Shown here: piece by piece, positions 39,989 to 54,408 of the stretch
How positions within the stretch are numbered: position 1 is the stretch's first letter
Layout: each line of letters opens with the position of its first letter
Assembly: GCF_035084215.1 (NCBI RefSeq)
Contig: NC_090370.1
Coordinates: 7,440,001-7,504,000, forward strand
Direction of reading: 5' to 3'
DNA length: 64,000 bases
From: Heptranchias perlo
Taxonomy: Eukaryota
The notes under the pieces: model-generated
The model's database searches: none
Told to the model about the DNA's origin: nothing
What the model saw: only the letters and a program-made list of their open reading frames with translations
Position numbers and translations under genes: made by a program

Positions 39989-42900
39989 ATGCTCAAAACC
40001 AAATCCTACACTTCCTCGTCCTTGAGCGGCAGCGGTAACTGGGGCGGCAGCGGGAGATCCTCCGTCTCCAGTATGAGGTCCTTCGGGTCGCGCACCAGCG
40101 GCACGAATGTGGTTATACCCCGCGCACTAAGTATGATCCAAAGTCGCAGTCGGACAAGCTCAGCCGGTAGCCGCATGGCTGGTTACGGTGGTTACGGTGG
40201 TGGTTACGGTGGTTACGGTGGTGGTTACGGTGGTGGTTTCGGTGCCGGTGGCCGGTCCAGCAGCGCCGGTTTCAGTAGCGGTCTGTCCTCGGGGATGATC
40301 CAGGCATCCACTGCCCTTGACCTGAACACCCCTCTCCCCAAAAATGACACCAGCCTGCAGCAGATCCGGGCGGTTGAGAAGGGCCAGCTCGAGGGGCTCA
40401 ACAACAGATTTGCCGATTTCATTGACAAGGTAATTTGAAGAGCTCTCTCCAGTCGGTCGTGTTTGTAACCGAGTGTTTTGTGTCTTTGCCCAATGACCTG
40501 GTGTGACTCTGGGAATGGCTCTTCTCACTTGCCTCCCAGTTCAGTTCAAAGCTAACTGTACATTCATTTTACACCGTCAGGTTCGTAGGCTGGAAGAGAG
40601 AAATAAGCAACTGGATGTCAATCTGAAGTTACTGAACGAACAGGGAACTTACAAATCCAACATCGACAAAATGTTCCAGGCTTACATTGAGAACCTCAAA
40701 AGGCAACTGGGAACTCTAGAGCAGGAGAAGCAAAAGTTCGAGTCTGACCTTCTGCAAATGCAAAGTCTAGTTGAGGACTTTAAGGGCAAGTAAGTGTGGT
40801 GCTGGTGATATTTTTATCCCATTTGTTCTGATCCTGTATCGTTTCTCACGCTAAACAAAGTCCCAGGTTCACACCTTGACAAGTTGAGCAGGACCGATCA
40901 AAATAATCCGCAGGATACTCAATTATAGTAAACTGAAGGAGTGAAAATAACTGTCTGTACTAGTTACAGTTACATTAGTCTGTGCTGAGTCTGCCAGTGT
41001 TACTGGAGGTCTGGGGAGTACACGATGGGGCAGGAAAGTACCTGAGTGTGGTGCTCTGGGGAGTATACAATGGGGCAGACAAGTACCTGACTGTGCGATG
41101 GGGCGGAGAAGTACCTGAGTGTGGAGATCTGGGGAGTACACGATGGGGCAGGAAAGTACCTGAGTGTGGTGCTCTGGGGAGTATACAATGGGGCAGACAA
41201 GTACCTGAGTGTGGTGATCTGGGGAGTATACAATGGAGCAGGAAAGTACCTGACTGTGCGATGGGGCGGAGAAGTACCTGAGTGTGGAGATCTGGGGAGT
41301 ACACGATGGGGCAGGAAAGTACCTGAGTGTGGTGCTCTGGGGAGTATACAATGGAGCAGACAAGTACCTGACTGTGCGATGGGGCGGAGAAGTACCTGAG
41401 TGTGGAGATCTGGGGAGTACACGATGGGGCAGGAAAGTACCTGAGTGTGGTGCTCTGGGGAGTATACAATGGGGCAGGAAAGTGCCTGAGTGTGCGATGG
41501 GGCGGAGAAGTACCTGAGTGTGGAGATCTGGGGAGTACACGATGGGGCAGGAAAGTGCCTGAGTGTGCGATGGGGCGGAGAAGTACCTGAGTGTGGAGAT
41601 CTGGGGAGTACACGATGGGGCGGAGAAGTACCTGAGTGTGGTGATCTGGGGAGTACACGATGGGGCGGAGAAGTACCTGAGTGTGGAGATCTGGGGAGTA
41701 CACGATGGGGCGGAGAAGTACCTGAGTGTGGAGGTCTCGGGTGTTGCCTGTTGACTGTGAGCTGTGGTAAGGGCGGAGTCTCCCAGAGCTTTGCTGAGGT
41801 CAGTGACATAGATGAGTTGATTTTGGTAACGGAGGGGTTGGTGGGTTTGGTAAACTGGGGGTCTAGTCTGAGCAATCCATTCCTTTTAAGCACCAGCAGG
41901 ACTTCTGCTTCTAAGAGCAAAGGTTGAACATATTTGGGACGGTGTGTATTTTGTGGAGGGAAATGTATGAAGAATAGTGCATCCGTGGATGAATAGTTGA
42001 TATTTCAGGAGTGAGGAAATCGTGGCTCGGTGACGGGGAGCATGGACAGTATTTACTCAGTGTAAGGGGTTCAGATCAACAACCCTGAATCGGTTTACCA
42101 TGGAATCGGGGCAGAAAGATTTATCTCCATGGAATTACCAGTAAAATAATCTGTTTGATTCCAGATACGAAGATGAAATTAACAAGCGCACAGAAATGGA
42201 AAATGAGTTTGTCCTGGTGAAGAAGGTGAGCATTATTGTATATCTGTCTGCAGGGCCATTGCAAACGGATCCCTTGGCAGAGCTTTTCAAAGTACTGTGT
42301 CCCTCTCCTCTTTAGGATGTCGATGACTCCTACATGAACAAGGTAGAGCTGGAAGCTAAACTGGAAAGTCTCACCGATGAAATCGACTTCCTCAGAACAA
42401 TCTTTGAAGAGGTAAAAATGTGTCACGATCCAAAAGTTGGCCTTTTGCTATTTAATCCAATCCAGACTGATCCAATCCAGCTCGAATGCTTCCAATCTCG
42501 TTTCAATCTTTCTTTCCCCACCGACCTTTAGGAAATCCGTGAGCTGCAGGCACAGATTCAGAACACTGCTGTCAGCGTGGAAGTGGACACCAGCCGCAAT
42601 CTGAATGTGGACGAGATCGTTTCTCAAGTCAAACTTCAGTACGAATCACTTGCAAGAAACAGCCGTGCAGAAGCTGACCAATGGAAAGCGACCAAGGTGA
42701 GCTGTTTCAAACCCCGATCCCCATGTAACACGTGTATTGATAGGTCCGCACCCGGTGGTGAATTGAGAAACCTTTCACTGACCAGTTGCCAATGTTTCAT
42801 TGCAGATGCAGGAACTGTCCTTGTCATCTGGACAATGTAGTGATGACCTCCGCGGGCTGAAAGCACAGATTACTGAGCTGACCAACAAAATCCGTATTCT

Positions 42901-45900
42901 CAATGGTGATATCGACAATCTTAAGCAGCAGGTAGGTAAAGAACTGAAAGCAAACAGGATATTGGTACCAATTGAATAACTGTTGTAAATCCCTCTCTCT
43001 CTCTGCGCCCCCCACACCCCTCATCTCCACACACACAAACACACACACAAATACATCACCCTCCCTCCCTCCCAAAATGGGCAAGAGACGGTTGAAATAT
43101 CAGCTCAATCTGGTATATTTCTGTCACACTTGGTCTCTCAGTAATGATTACATTTGGACCTCTCGAAGGAAACATTGTGATGTGAATCCAATCCCAATCA
43201 GCATGCAATCCTCACCGCACGGCTGTCCCCATTTCATTGACATGGGAGAGAAGCAGAGGGTTCGTCTGCTTTCTGGATGACTCGTTTTGAGCGCTGCTCT
43301 GATACTCGAAATGCCGATGAAACTGACCATTAATATTTGTGCCACTCAGCGGATCAAACTGGAGGCTGCAATCGGAGAAGCTGAGGAGCGCGGTGAGATG
43401 TCTCTCAAAGACGCGAGGATTAGGATTGCTGATCTGGAAGCTGCCATCACCAAAGCAAAACAAGAGATGGTCAACCAAGTCCGCGAATACCAGGAGCTGA
43501 TGAATGTCAAGCTGGCTCTGGATATTGAAATTACCACCTACAGGAAACTACTGGAGGGAGAGGAGTCCAGGTAGGACATGGGGCAGTTACAAATTCCAGC
43601 CATCACACTGAGTACAGATCAGCGTTTCATATACTGACAGATTACAATCTGTACTTGCATTTTATTTGATCTCTATTAATGGGATGAAGGAATGGCAGGG
43701 TAGTCTACAATCACTAACTTTGGTTTAAAGGCTGGTTAGTATCTAACCAGACACTAACATCACAGTCATCCCAGAATGAACACCTGGACGGTGATTAGTT
43801 CTTCCTTTTATAGAGCTGGACCAGTAAAGCTCTCCTGATGGCTCAGTGGGTAAAGGCATTGTGGAACTGACCAGATGGTCCACCAGGGCAGCAGTTGGGG
43901 TGTACAGTTGTGCTCTGTGCCCCGAGCAAGGGAGAGTAAAAGCAGCCAAGAATCCTGTTCCTGATTGCTATGCAGTGAGTTCTGCGGGAAGGTATTTTTG
44001 TTCCTTCCCCATGGTCAAATAGTCTGCTGGCACTTGCTGAGTGTGCTGACACATGAGGAATGGACACTTTGGGTGAGGGGCTGGAGGGTGACTGTGCCCG
44101 GCAGAGGTCAATGTTGCTGGGAGGGGGAGAAGATTGGTAAACTGAAGGATAATATGTTTGTGAATATACTGCAAATACCTGTTGTAATGTGAATGTGTTT
44201 CCCTTATTAACAGGATAGATTCTGGGATACAAACCATCAGCATCCACCAAATACAAGGGCAGGGTAAGAGAACTAATAATTCATAGTTGGGATAAATGGG
44301 GAAAACTGGAAATCTGAAACAAAAATGGAAAATTCTGGAAATACATAGTTAACCGCATGAAAAGTGAAAAGGCAGGTTCTCATTTCAAGTATAGAGCCTT
44401 GGGCACAGTGCCTGTGTTCTGATGATTGGTCTGCAGTGCCCCCCGAATACTTCAGAGGCTGACGGACCTGCTGTGTATTTCCAGCACTTTCTGTTCTCAT
44501 TTTAATAATTCATAATTGTTATCAATGTCGCTGTGTTTAATGATGAGATTAACAGCTTTTTAATGTCAGGGCAAGAAGCAATTACTTCTAATAAAACTGA
44601 ACTTCCCTTCCTGGCCCCCATGCTAGCTGATATTATTAATGGTTCCCTCTCCTCTGGTACTGTCCCCCTCCATTTCATATCAGCTATCATCACCCTCCTC
44701 CTCAAAAAACCCACCCTTGACCCTCTGTCCTTGCAAACTACCGCCCCATCTCTAACCTCCCTTTCCTCACCAAAGTCCTTGAACGTGCTGTCGCCTGCAA
44801 AATCTGTGCCCATCTTTCCCGCAACTCCATGTTTGGACCTCTTCCATCAGATTTCTGCCCCTGCCACAGTACTGAAACGGCCCTAATCAAAGTCACAAAT
44901 GACATCCTACGTGATTTATCATGGTAAATTCCTCCTCCTTCTTGACCTGTCTTCAGCCTTTGACACAGTTGACCACACCATCCTCCTCCAACACCTCTTC
45001 TCCTTTGGTTAGCTGAATGGGACTGCCCTCTCCTGGTTCCATTCCTATCCGTCCAGTCATGGCCAGAGAATTTCCTGCACCATTAGCTCTGGAGTCTCCC
45101 AAGGATCTATCCTTGGACCCCTCCTATTTCTATCTACCTGCTGCTCCTCAGCGACATCATCCGAAAACGCAACGTCAGATTCCACATGTACACTGATGAC
45201 ACCCTCCTCCACCTCATGCCTTTTTTATCTCTAGACTCCACTATTCCAATGCTCTCTTGGCCGGCCTCCCGCCTTCCACCCTCAATAAACTTCAGCTCAT
45301 CCAATACTCTGCTGCACATATCCTAACTCGCATCAAGTCACGTTCACCCATCACCCCTGTGCTCGATAACTTACGTTGACTCCTGGTTTGGCAACAACTC
45401 GAATATAAATTTATCATCCTTGTGTTCAAATCAATCAATGGCATCGCCCTCCCTATCTCTGTAACCTCCTGCAGCATTACAATTTTTAAAAATTCATTCA
45501 TGGGATGTGGGCGTCGCTGGCAAGGCCAGCATTTATTGCCCATCCCTAATTGCCCTTGAGAAGGTGGTGGTGAGCCGCCTTCTTGAACCGCTGCAGTCCG
45601 TGTGGTGAAGGTACTCCCACAGTGCTGTGAGGGAGAGAGTTCCAGGATTTTGACCCAGCGACGATGAAGGAACAGTGATATATTTCCAAGTCAGGATGGT
45701 GTGTGACTTGGAGGGGAACATGCAGGTGGTGTTGTTCCCATGCGCCTGCTGCCCTTGTCCTTCTCGATGATAGAGGTTGCGGGTTTGGGAGGTACTGTTG
45801 AAGAAGCCTTGGCAAGCTGCTGCAGTGCATCTTGTAGATGGTACACACTGCAGCCGTGTTGCGCCGGTGGTGAAGGGAGTGAATGTTTAGGGTGGTGGAT

Positions 45901-46751
45901 GGGGTGCCAATCAAGTGGGCTGCTTTGTCCTGGATGGCGTCGAGCTTCTTGAGTGTTGTTGGAGCTGCACTCATCCAGGCAAGTGGAGAGTATTCCATCA
46001 CACTCCTGACTTGTGCCTTGTAAATGGGGGAAAGGCTTTGGGGAGTCAGGAGCTGAGTCACTTGCCACAGAATAACCAGCCTCTGACCTGCTCTTGTAGC
46101 CACAGTATTTATGTGGCTGGTCCAGTTAAGTTTCTGGTCAATGGTGACCTCCAAGATGTTGATGGTAGGGGTTTCGGCGATGGTAATGCCATTGAATGTA
46201 AAGGGGGCATTTGAATGTCAAAGCTCTGAGATCGCTGCACTCCTCCAATTCTGGCCTCTTACGCATCCCCGATTTCCATCGCCAGTGGCGGCCGCGGTCA
46301 GCTGCCTAGGCCCTAAGTTCTGGAATTCCCTCCCTAAACCTATCCGCCTCTCCACCTCCTTTAAGACGCTCCTTAAAACCTACCTTTTTGAGCAAACTTT
46401 GGGTGTCCTGTCCTAATTTCTCCTTATGCGGCTCGGTGTCAAATTTTGTTTGATGATCACTCCTTGCCTTGGGCTGTTTTACTACATTAAAGGCGCTATA
46501 TAATTGCAAGTTGTTGTACTTGTACTTTTAATTGATTTTAAGGGTGTTTTTCCCCCTTTACAGGTAATTTTCAGGATTTTAGTTCAATGAGTGGTGGAAT
46601 AACTGGATATGTCCAAAGCAGCGGGCATGGCATGGAAACCTCTAATGTTTCAGGAGGCAAATCTGGTTTCAGTAGTGGCGGAGGTGTCAGCAAAACCTTG
46701 ATTGTGAAATCAGTGGAGCATACCAGTGGTGGATATACAAGTACATCTTGA
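39989..46751 (+). CDS. Type II cytoskeletal keratin (K8-like), copy 3, 518 aa, tail A
   Basis: join(39989..40429,40581..40789,42165..42225,42316..42411,42532..42696,42806..42931,43350..43570,44214..44263,46564..46751). Intact; exon 8 has Q->H (CAG->CAC at 44247). Confidence 0.93.
41004..41737. repeat. Intron-2 minisatellite, copy 3, 734 bp
   Basis: Same units; +354 bp relative to copy 1 (6x45+3x28, numerically 3x118). Confidence 0.95.
44593..46516. mobile_element. Intron-8 L2 (+) with nested family-B LINE (-), unit 4
   Basis: Duplicate of 15777-17700. Confidence 0.8.
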
Positions 46752-47547
46752 ATCAATGAGGGATAAACTCGTGCCAGCAATGTCTCTTACTGGCCCACAT
46801 TTTCAGAGGCTGTATTTCCTCTACCTGCTGATTTTAATGCAGTGGTTAACAGGTTTGGATTAACTTCATGTCTGCTATTTGGAACACCATCATTAACCTG
46901 TTCATTTTAAATAGTTAAACGACATGAAATTAACATCAATAGCTTAACCAGTGCACTAAAAACATCGCACAGAGAAAATTAAACCTAGTAAAGGCCTATA
47001 GTTTGGGTTTGTGGGAAAACCGGTCAAGAAACTCACACTTTATTTGTTGGCCCCTTTAAAATGGGAAATAAACCAAAGTTTTCGGTGCTGATGTCTGTTT
47101 CATGATTCTCTATCATTTTGTACTGGGGATTTATCTTTTATGACACTCCTGTTATACTGAATAAACTTCTAATCTACAAACCTGGACTGCTTTTTGCTTA
47201 AGCACAATATTAAGTTAGTGAAAAGAACAAGTTTCATACAGAGTGAATTTAAGAATTTTTTAATATTTAGCATTAAGGTTGATGCAATGTTATGAAATGT
47301 AGAAAGATTATTTTGTGTATTCCATATAAAAAACACACCAGACCATTACTGCAATCAATCAGAGCATGGATCGAGATACAGTAAAGTCTAATAGCAATCT
47401 GAGCTCCACCTTCTCCTCCACCAATGATGCTACTTTTTCCATCATCTGAGAATACCAACACTGGACATGAGATTTTTTTGAATTTCCAGAACATTCTCCT
47501 TTCCCAATGGTCACAATCCAGCTTGTGTATCAAATAAGCAGCCCACC

Positions 47548-50500
47548 TCATAGAATCAGAGAATGATACGGCACAGAAGGAGGCCATTCAGCCCATTGTG
47601 CCTGTGCCGGCTCTTTAAAGAGCTATCCAATTAGTCCCACTTCTCTGCTCTTTCTCCGCAGCCCTGTAATTTTTTCCCCTTCAAGTATTTATCCAAGTCC
47701 CTTTTGAAAGTTATTATTGAATCTGCTTCCACCACCCTTTCAGGCAGTGCATTCCAGATCATAACAACTCGCGGTGTAAAAAAACATGTCCTCATGTCGC
47801 CTCTGCTTCTTTTGCCAGTCACCTTAAATCTGTGTCCTCTGGTTACCAACCCTTCTGCCACTGGAAACAGTTTCTCCTTATTTGCTCTATCAAAACCATT
47901 CATGATTTTGAACACCTCTATCAAATATCTATGGGCTAGTGTAAGATGCATTAGGTTAGAACACTGGCCCTGGGGCCTGTCTTCAAATCCAGTCCAGACT
48001 GATCGAGGAAACTATCCTTTATCTACTAGCTGTAAGTGTCCTACATAAAATGAGTTTGTGCCGTCTCTACCCTGTTCCAAATAAGTATAGGCCGACAGTA
48101 CAAAACGGTCCCTAATCATAGAATGGTTACAGCACAGAAGGAGGCCATTCGGCCCATCGAGCCCGTGCCAGTTCTTTGTAAGAACAATCCAGTTAGTCCC
48201 CTTCTCTTACCCCATAGCCCTGTAAACTTTTTCCCTTCAAGTATTTATCCAATTCCTTTGCAGCAATAAACACTAAGTAAGCAGCCTCACTCAGTGAGGC
48301 CACAGGATAGCTTGTGTGAAATATCATACCGATGCAGTAATGCCATAGGGACTGAGGCACATTCTTGGGGCAGAGAAAAGGAGCTCTACTCTGTATCAAG
48401 CCATGCTTCCAAAACTGACCTGGGCATGTTTGATATCGACTGGGTAACCAAAATGGAAAGTGTTACATTCCCCAGCACTAACATTTGTTTAGATTAACTT
48501 ACAGTATAACTCAGGGAATCCATAAGGAATGGGCCACACAATGGCAAATGGCATTTAACTTAGATAAATGTCATGTCATGCATGTTGGTATGACCAACAC
48601 AGAATACATTTATCATTTACAGGGAACAATACTCAAAGAGATAAAATGATCGAGGTGTTATTGTGCACAGATCACTGAAGGTTCATGACCAATGTAGAGA
48701 AGTTGTAGCTAAAGTTAACAGGGTGTTGGGTTTTATTAATAGAACCATTCAGTATAAATCAAAGGACACCATTCTGTCATTATACAGGTCACTTGTACTG
48801 TGCCCAGTTTTGGTCCCCCCACATGGTGGGTGATGAATGGTCTTGGAAAAGGTTCAGAGGAGAGCTACAAGAATGGTTCCTATCTTCAACAATCATAGTC
48901 ACTCATTGGGGTTAAAGAGCTGGGTCAATTTATGTGAAAAGAGCGTAGGCTTAAAGGTGACCTGATAGAGGTCTATAAAATAATTAAAGGCTGGATAGCG
49001 TCCCTATCAATAGATTATTCCAATTAAACAGATTGGGGAGGACCAGGGGACAGGAATTTAAACTATATAAAAGTGGGAATAGACTGATAGATTGGATGTT
49101 AGGCGGTTCTTCTTTTCCCAGAGAGTAGTGAGTCTCTGGAACACATTGCTGGCTGGTGTGGTGTGTGCTGACTCTCTGCTTTCAATGGGAAGCTGGACAG
49201 GTTCTTGACTGGGGCAGAGGTCGAATCGTATGGAAGGTAAATGGCTTGATAGATAACACTTGGTCCATGTAATTTCCTGGTTTGGTTTAGATTGCCTGAG
49301 GGGGTCAGAGAAGAATTTTGCAGAGCAGTTTTTCCCTTATTAGCCCTGGGTTTTCACCTCTCCCAGAGGATTACATGCCTGCAGAGGGGGTGGGAAGTTG
49401 TGGGCTTGGGGGGGTTGGTGTGGGGAGGGTTTTTAGGAAGTGTCTGGTCATGATGCTCCAGCCATTATGAGTGTGGGACAGGCTTGATGGACCAGCTGGT
49501 CATTTCCAGCCTGTTATTTTCATATGTAAGGAATCTTACAACACCAGGTTATAGTCCAACTGTTTTATTTGAAAATCACAAGCTTTCGGAGGCTTTCTCC
49601 TTCGTCAGGTGAGTGTGGGATTGCATGGAAGCCTCCGAAAACTTGTGATTTTCAAATAAAACAGTTGGACTATAACCTGGTGTTGTAAGATTCCTTACAT
49701 TTGTCAACCCCAGTCCATCACCGGATCTCCACATCATGTTATTTTCATATGTTTGTATGCAGGGTAAGACGTCATAATCTCTGATGTTGGAATCACACAA
49801 AGAGTAATCAATAACTGGAATGGTCTGTTTGGTTAGGAAATGGAATCAAAAACTTTGTCCTTGTTCAAGAGGCAATTGTATGGTCTGGAGGGTCATAAAC
49901 TTCTACGGAAGGTAGATTTAGATGGGCTCAATGGCCCCCCTGCAATGTTCCAGAACTAGCTGTGCCTCTAGCCAAACTCTTCCAGTACAGCTACAACACT
50001 GGCATCTACCCGACAATGCGGAAAATTGCCCAGGTATGTCCTATCCACAAAAAGCAGGACAATTCCAATCCGGGCAATTACCGCCCCATCCGTCCACTCT
50101 CAATCATCAGCAAAGTGATGGAAGGTGTCGACAACAGTGCTATCAAGCGGCACTTATTCACCAATAACCTGCTCACTGATATTCAGTTTGGGTTCCACCT
50201 GGACCACTCAGCTCCAGACCTCATTACAGCCTTGGTCCAAACATGGACAAAAGATCTGAATTACAGAGGTGAGCTGAGAGTGACTGCCCTTGACATCAAG
50301 GCAGCATTTGACTGAGTGTGGCACCAAGGAGCCCGAGTAAAATTGAAGTAAAAGGGAATCAGGGGGAAAACTCTCCAGTGGCTGGAGTCATACCGAGCAC
50401 AAAGGAAGATTTTCGTGGTTGTTGGAGGCCAATCATCTCAGCCTCAGGACATTGCTGCAGGAGTTCCTCAGGGCAGTGACCAAGGCCCAACCATCTTCAG

Positions 50501-53500
50501 TTGCTTCATCAATGACCTTCCCTCCATCATTAGGTCAGAAATGGGGATGCAGCAAGACCTGGACAACATCCAGGCTTGGGCCGATAAGTGGCAAGTAACA
50601 TTTGGGCCAGACAAGCGGCAGGGATGGGCAACAAATGCTGGCCTTGCCAGCGACACCCACATCCCATGAACGAGAAAAACAAACCTACATTTGTGATTTT
50701 AGTGATACCAGTTTTTCAGGGACTATTTTCACCCTTTGTGAGATGCACTATGTGATCCCAGATCAGTCTGGGCATTTCAAATTTCCTGTAAGAATAAACT
50801 AAGAAAACCACTGAGAGTGAAATAGGAAAAATCAACATGAAAATACCCGTTAAAAATCCACTAACACAACAAATTGGTCCACAAGCTGCATTTGATTCCA
50901 TCGGCCCAAATACCCAAGATCACAAACAACCAGATTGCATGGAATAGGAATATTCCTCCTCGGAATTGGCCACGTATATATGGATCCTCTTTTCCCTTTA
51001 AATCATTCTTATTTGAACTATCTGTTCCCCACACTTAAGCAATCTTAAAGTTACCACTGGGTGAACAGGACGCACCAGGGATCCTGGTGTGCTTCCACAC
51101 TATACCAGCTGGTGGAGCTCTTGGGACATAGCAGACTGGGCATTTTATTGCTCTGGTGTTCGGCCAAGCGGTCGATTCGTTCAATCTGCTGTCACACTCT
51201 GCTGCTATCTATTCTGTGAACCTGAAAGAGCAAAAGCGAGTTTAATCCTCAGCTGATTGTGGCGAGGGAACTCTGCTACAAACGACAACTTGCAGTTATA
51301 TTGCGCTTTTAACGTGGTAAAACATCCCAAGGCGCTTCACAGGAGGGCAGTCAGATAAAAATTGACACCGAGCCACAGAAGGAGACATTAGGACAGGTGA
51401 AGAGGTAGGTTTTAAGGAGGGTTTTAAAAGAGGAGAGAGAAGTAGAGAGGTTTAGGGTGGGAATTCCAGAGCTTAGGGCCTAGGCAGCTGAAGATATCAC
51501 CGCCAATGATGGGGCGAAGGAAGTGGGGAGATGTACAAGAGGCCAGAATTGGAGGAGCGCAGAGATCTCAAAGGGTTGTAGGGCTGGAGGAGTTTACAGT
51601 GATAAGGAGGGGCGAGGCCATGGAGGGATTTGAATACGAGGATGAGAGCTTTAAAATCGAGGTGTTCAGGGACTGGGAGCCAATGTCGGTCAGCGGGTAC
51701 AGGGGTGATGGGCGAACGGGGTTTGGTACAAGTTATGATACGGGCAGCAGAGTTTTGGATGAGCTCAACTTTATGGAGAGTGGAAGATGTGAGGCCGGCC
51801 AGGAAAGCATTGGGTTTTAGCAGCAGATGAGGCAGGGGCGGAGACAGGTGATAGCACAGAGGTGCAAGTAGGTGCTCTTTGTGATGGAGAGGATACGGGG
51901 TCGGAAGCTCACCTCAGGACCAATTATGACGCCCGGGTTGTGAACAGAAACATCAACTCTCACACGAGACTGACCATTCAATTGTGACAGAGGAGTGAAA
52001 TCCCACCAACAATGGAACCACGATTTCAATCACACCTGACGGTTCTCCTCTATTCCCCAGTGCTCAAGGAGTATTTTAACCCTTTCTTCCCAGATGAGTC
52101 AATGCTTCCTGGCCTAATAAACATTTCTCCCACTTTGGACTGTTCTAAAATAAGCCCGTTGCAATATTCTTTCCTGATTGACCAGAGACTGTTTATGATT
52201 AACTCTTACACTTGAATTTCCGACTGGTCTGGAAAAGCTTTCGAAGATTGTTTTGATCCCAGACTGGGAAGGTTTCTTGGTTTTGCCTCTTTTGACAGTA
52301 AAATGGTAGGTACAGCAAAGGAGGAGGCCATTCAGCCCATCGTGCCTGTGCCGGCTGGTTGAAAGAGCTATCCAATTAGTCCCATTCCCCTGCTCTTTCT
52401 CCATAGCCCTGTACATTTTTCCCTTCAAGTATTTATCCAATTCCCATTTGAAAGTTACAATTGAATCTGCTTCCACCACCGTTTCAGGGAGTGAATTCCA
52501 GATCATTACAACTCCTGCATAAAACATTGTTTCCTCGTGTCGCCCTTGGCTCTTTTGCGGATCACATTAAAAATGTGTCCTCTGGTCACCGATCCCTCTG
52601 CCACTGGAAATAGTTTCTCCTTATTTACAAAGGAAGATGGTAGTGGTTGTTGGAGGCCAATGATCTGAGCCCCAGGACGTTGCTGCAGGAGTTCCTCAGG
52701 GTAGTGTCCTCGGCCCAACCATCTTCAGCTGCTTCATCAATGACCTTCCCTCCATCATAAGGTCAGAAATGGGGATGTTCGCTGATGATTGCACAGTGTT
52801 CAGTTCCGTTCGCAACCCCTCAGATAATGAAGCAGTCGGTGCCTGCATGCAGCATGACCTGGACAACATCCAGGCTTGGGCTCATAAGTGGCAAGTAACA
52901 TTCGCACCAGACAAGTGGCAGGCAATGACCATCTCAAACAAGAGTCGAACCACCTCCCCTTGACATTCAACGGCATTACCATCGCCAAACCCCCCACCAT
53001 CAACACCCTGGGGGTCACCATTGACCAGAAACTTAACTGGACCAGCCACATAAATACTGTGGCTACAAGAGCAGGTCAGAGGCTGGGTATTCTGCAGTGA
53101 GTATCTCACCTCCTGACTCCCCAAAGCCTTTCCACCATCTACATGGCACAAGTCAGGAGTGTGATGGAATACTCTCCACTTGTCTGGATGAGTGCAGCTC
53201 CAACAACACTCAAGAAGCTTGACACCATCCAGGACAAAGCAGCCCGCTTGATTGGCAGCCTATCCACCACCCTAAACATTCACTCCCTCCACCATCGTCG
53301 CTGGGTCAAAATCCAGGAACTCCCTTCCCAACAGCACTGTGGGAGAACCTTCACCACATGGACTGCAGCGGTTCAAGAAGGCGGCTCACCACCACCTTCT
53401 CAAGGGCAATTGGGGATGGCCAATAAATGCTGGACTTGCCAGCGACGCCCACATCCCATGAATGAATAAAAAAACTCTATCAATCCGTTCATGATTTTGA

Positions 53501-53506
53501 ACACCA
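47548..53506. mobile_element. Intergenic stack of CR1, L2, family-B and Penelope fragments, unit 4
   Basis: Duplicate of 4663-10603; Penelope palindrome at 49524-49736. Confidence 0.75.
49576..49612 (-). ncRNA. Minimal hammerhead ribozyme motif, unit 4
   Basis: Identical to 6673-6709 on the minus strand; the opposite arm has one G->A change. Confidence 0.7.
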
Positions 53507-54408
53507 TTATGTTGGAGGTGAAATGACTTTTCTTCTGCAGCGGGTCCGCCAGCTGTAACCCCGCCCAAGCAAACAGTCTCAGAAACAGCCGCAGGGTGTG
53601 ACCGAGATGGGAGCTCAGACAATCCCTACATCACGATTTAACCCTTTATGTGCCGCAACATGCAGCTACCAACAGGGAAAAAGTGACTTAAAGATCGACA
53701 AATCCATAAACTAATTTCTTTACGCACAGAAAGCAAGCGAGCTATTCATACACCAATAAAAGATCACCACCCACACTTAAAGCCGCGGAATGTCCCTCAC
53801 TAATGGACTATCCGATCTACTATCTCCATTTATAATGATGTGGAGATGCCGGTGATGGACTGGGGTTGACAATTGTAAACAATTTTACAACACCAAGTTA
53901 TAGTCCAACGATTTTTATTTGAAATCTACAAGCTTTCGGAGGCTTCCTCCTTCAGGTAAATGTCTGAAGGCTTGTAGATTTCAAATAAAATCGTTGGACT
54001 ATAACTTGGTGTTGTAAAATCCATTTATAATAATGATGTCCACCGGAATTGGTGGGCAATCAAACAGTTCCTTCACATGGTCACTTGGAGCCGACCAGCT
54101 CTACACACAGCTGATGGTCTGAAGGCAGGAGTCTGCTTCCAAGATCCACACATTTGTGCTGACGCCAAGTTGGCCTGTGGCAGTGAAAGCAATAACCAGG
54201 TGTTGCTGCCCGGCAAAGGGACAGGTTGGAACCCATGGGAGAGGGGGGCGGGTGGCCCCTCCTCTATATCGGCTGCTCCATTCCCATCCCTGTTATCTGA
54301 CACCCTGACCAAGCCCAGATCCACACAGCCCATAAAAGCAGCAAAAACCGCCCTCACCTCCACCAGTCCATCAATTTCCGACTCTCCGCTCACTCAAACA
54401 ACAGCATC

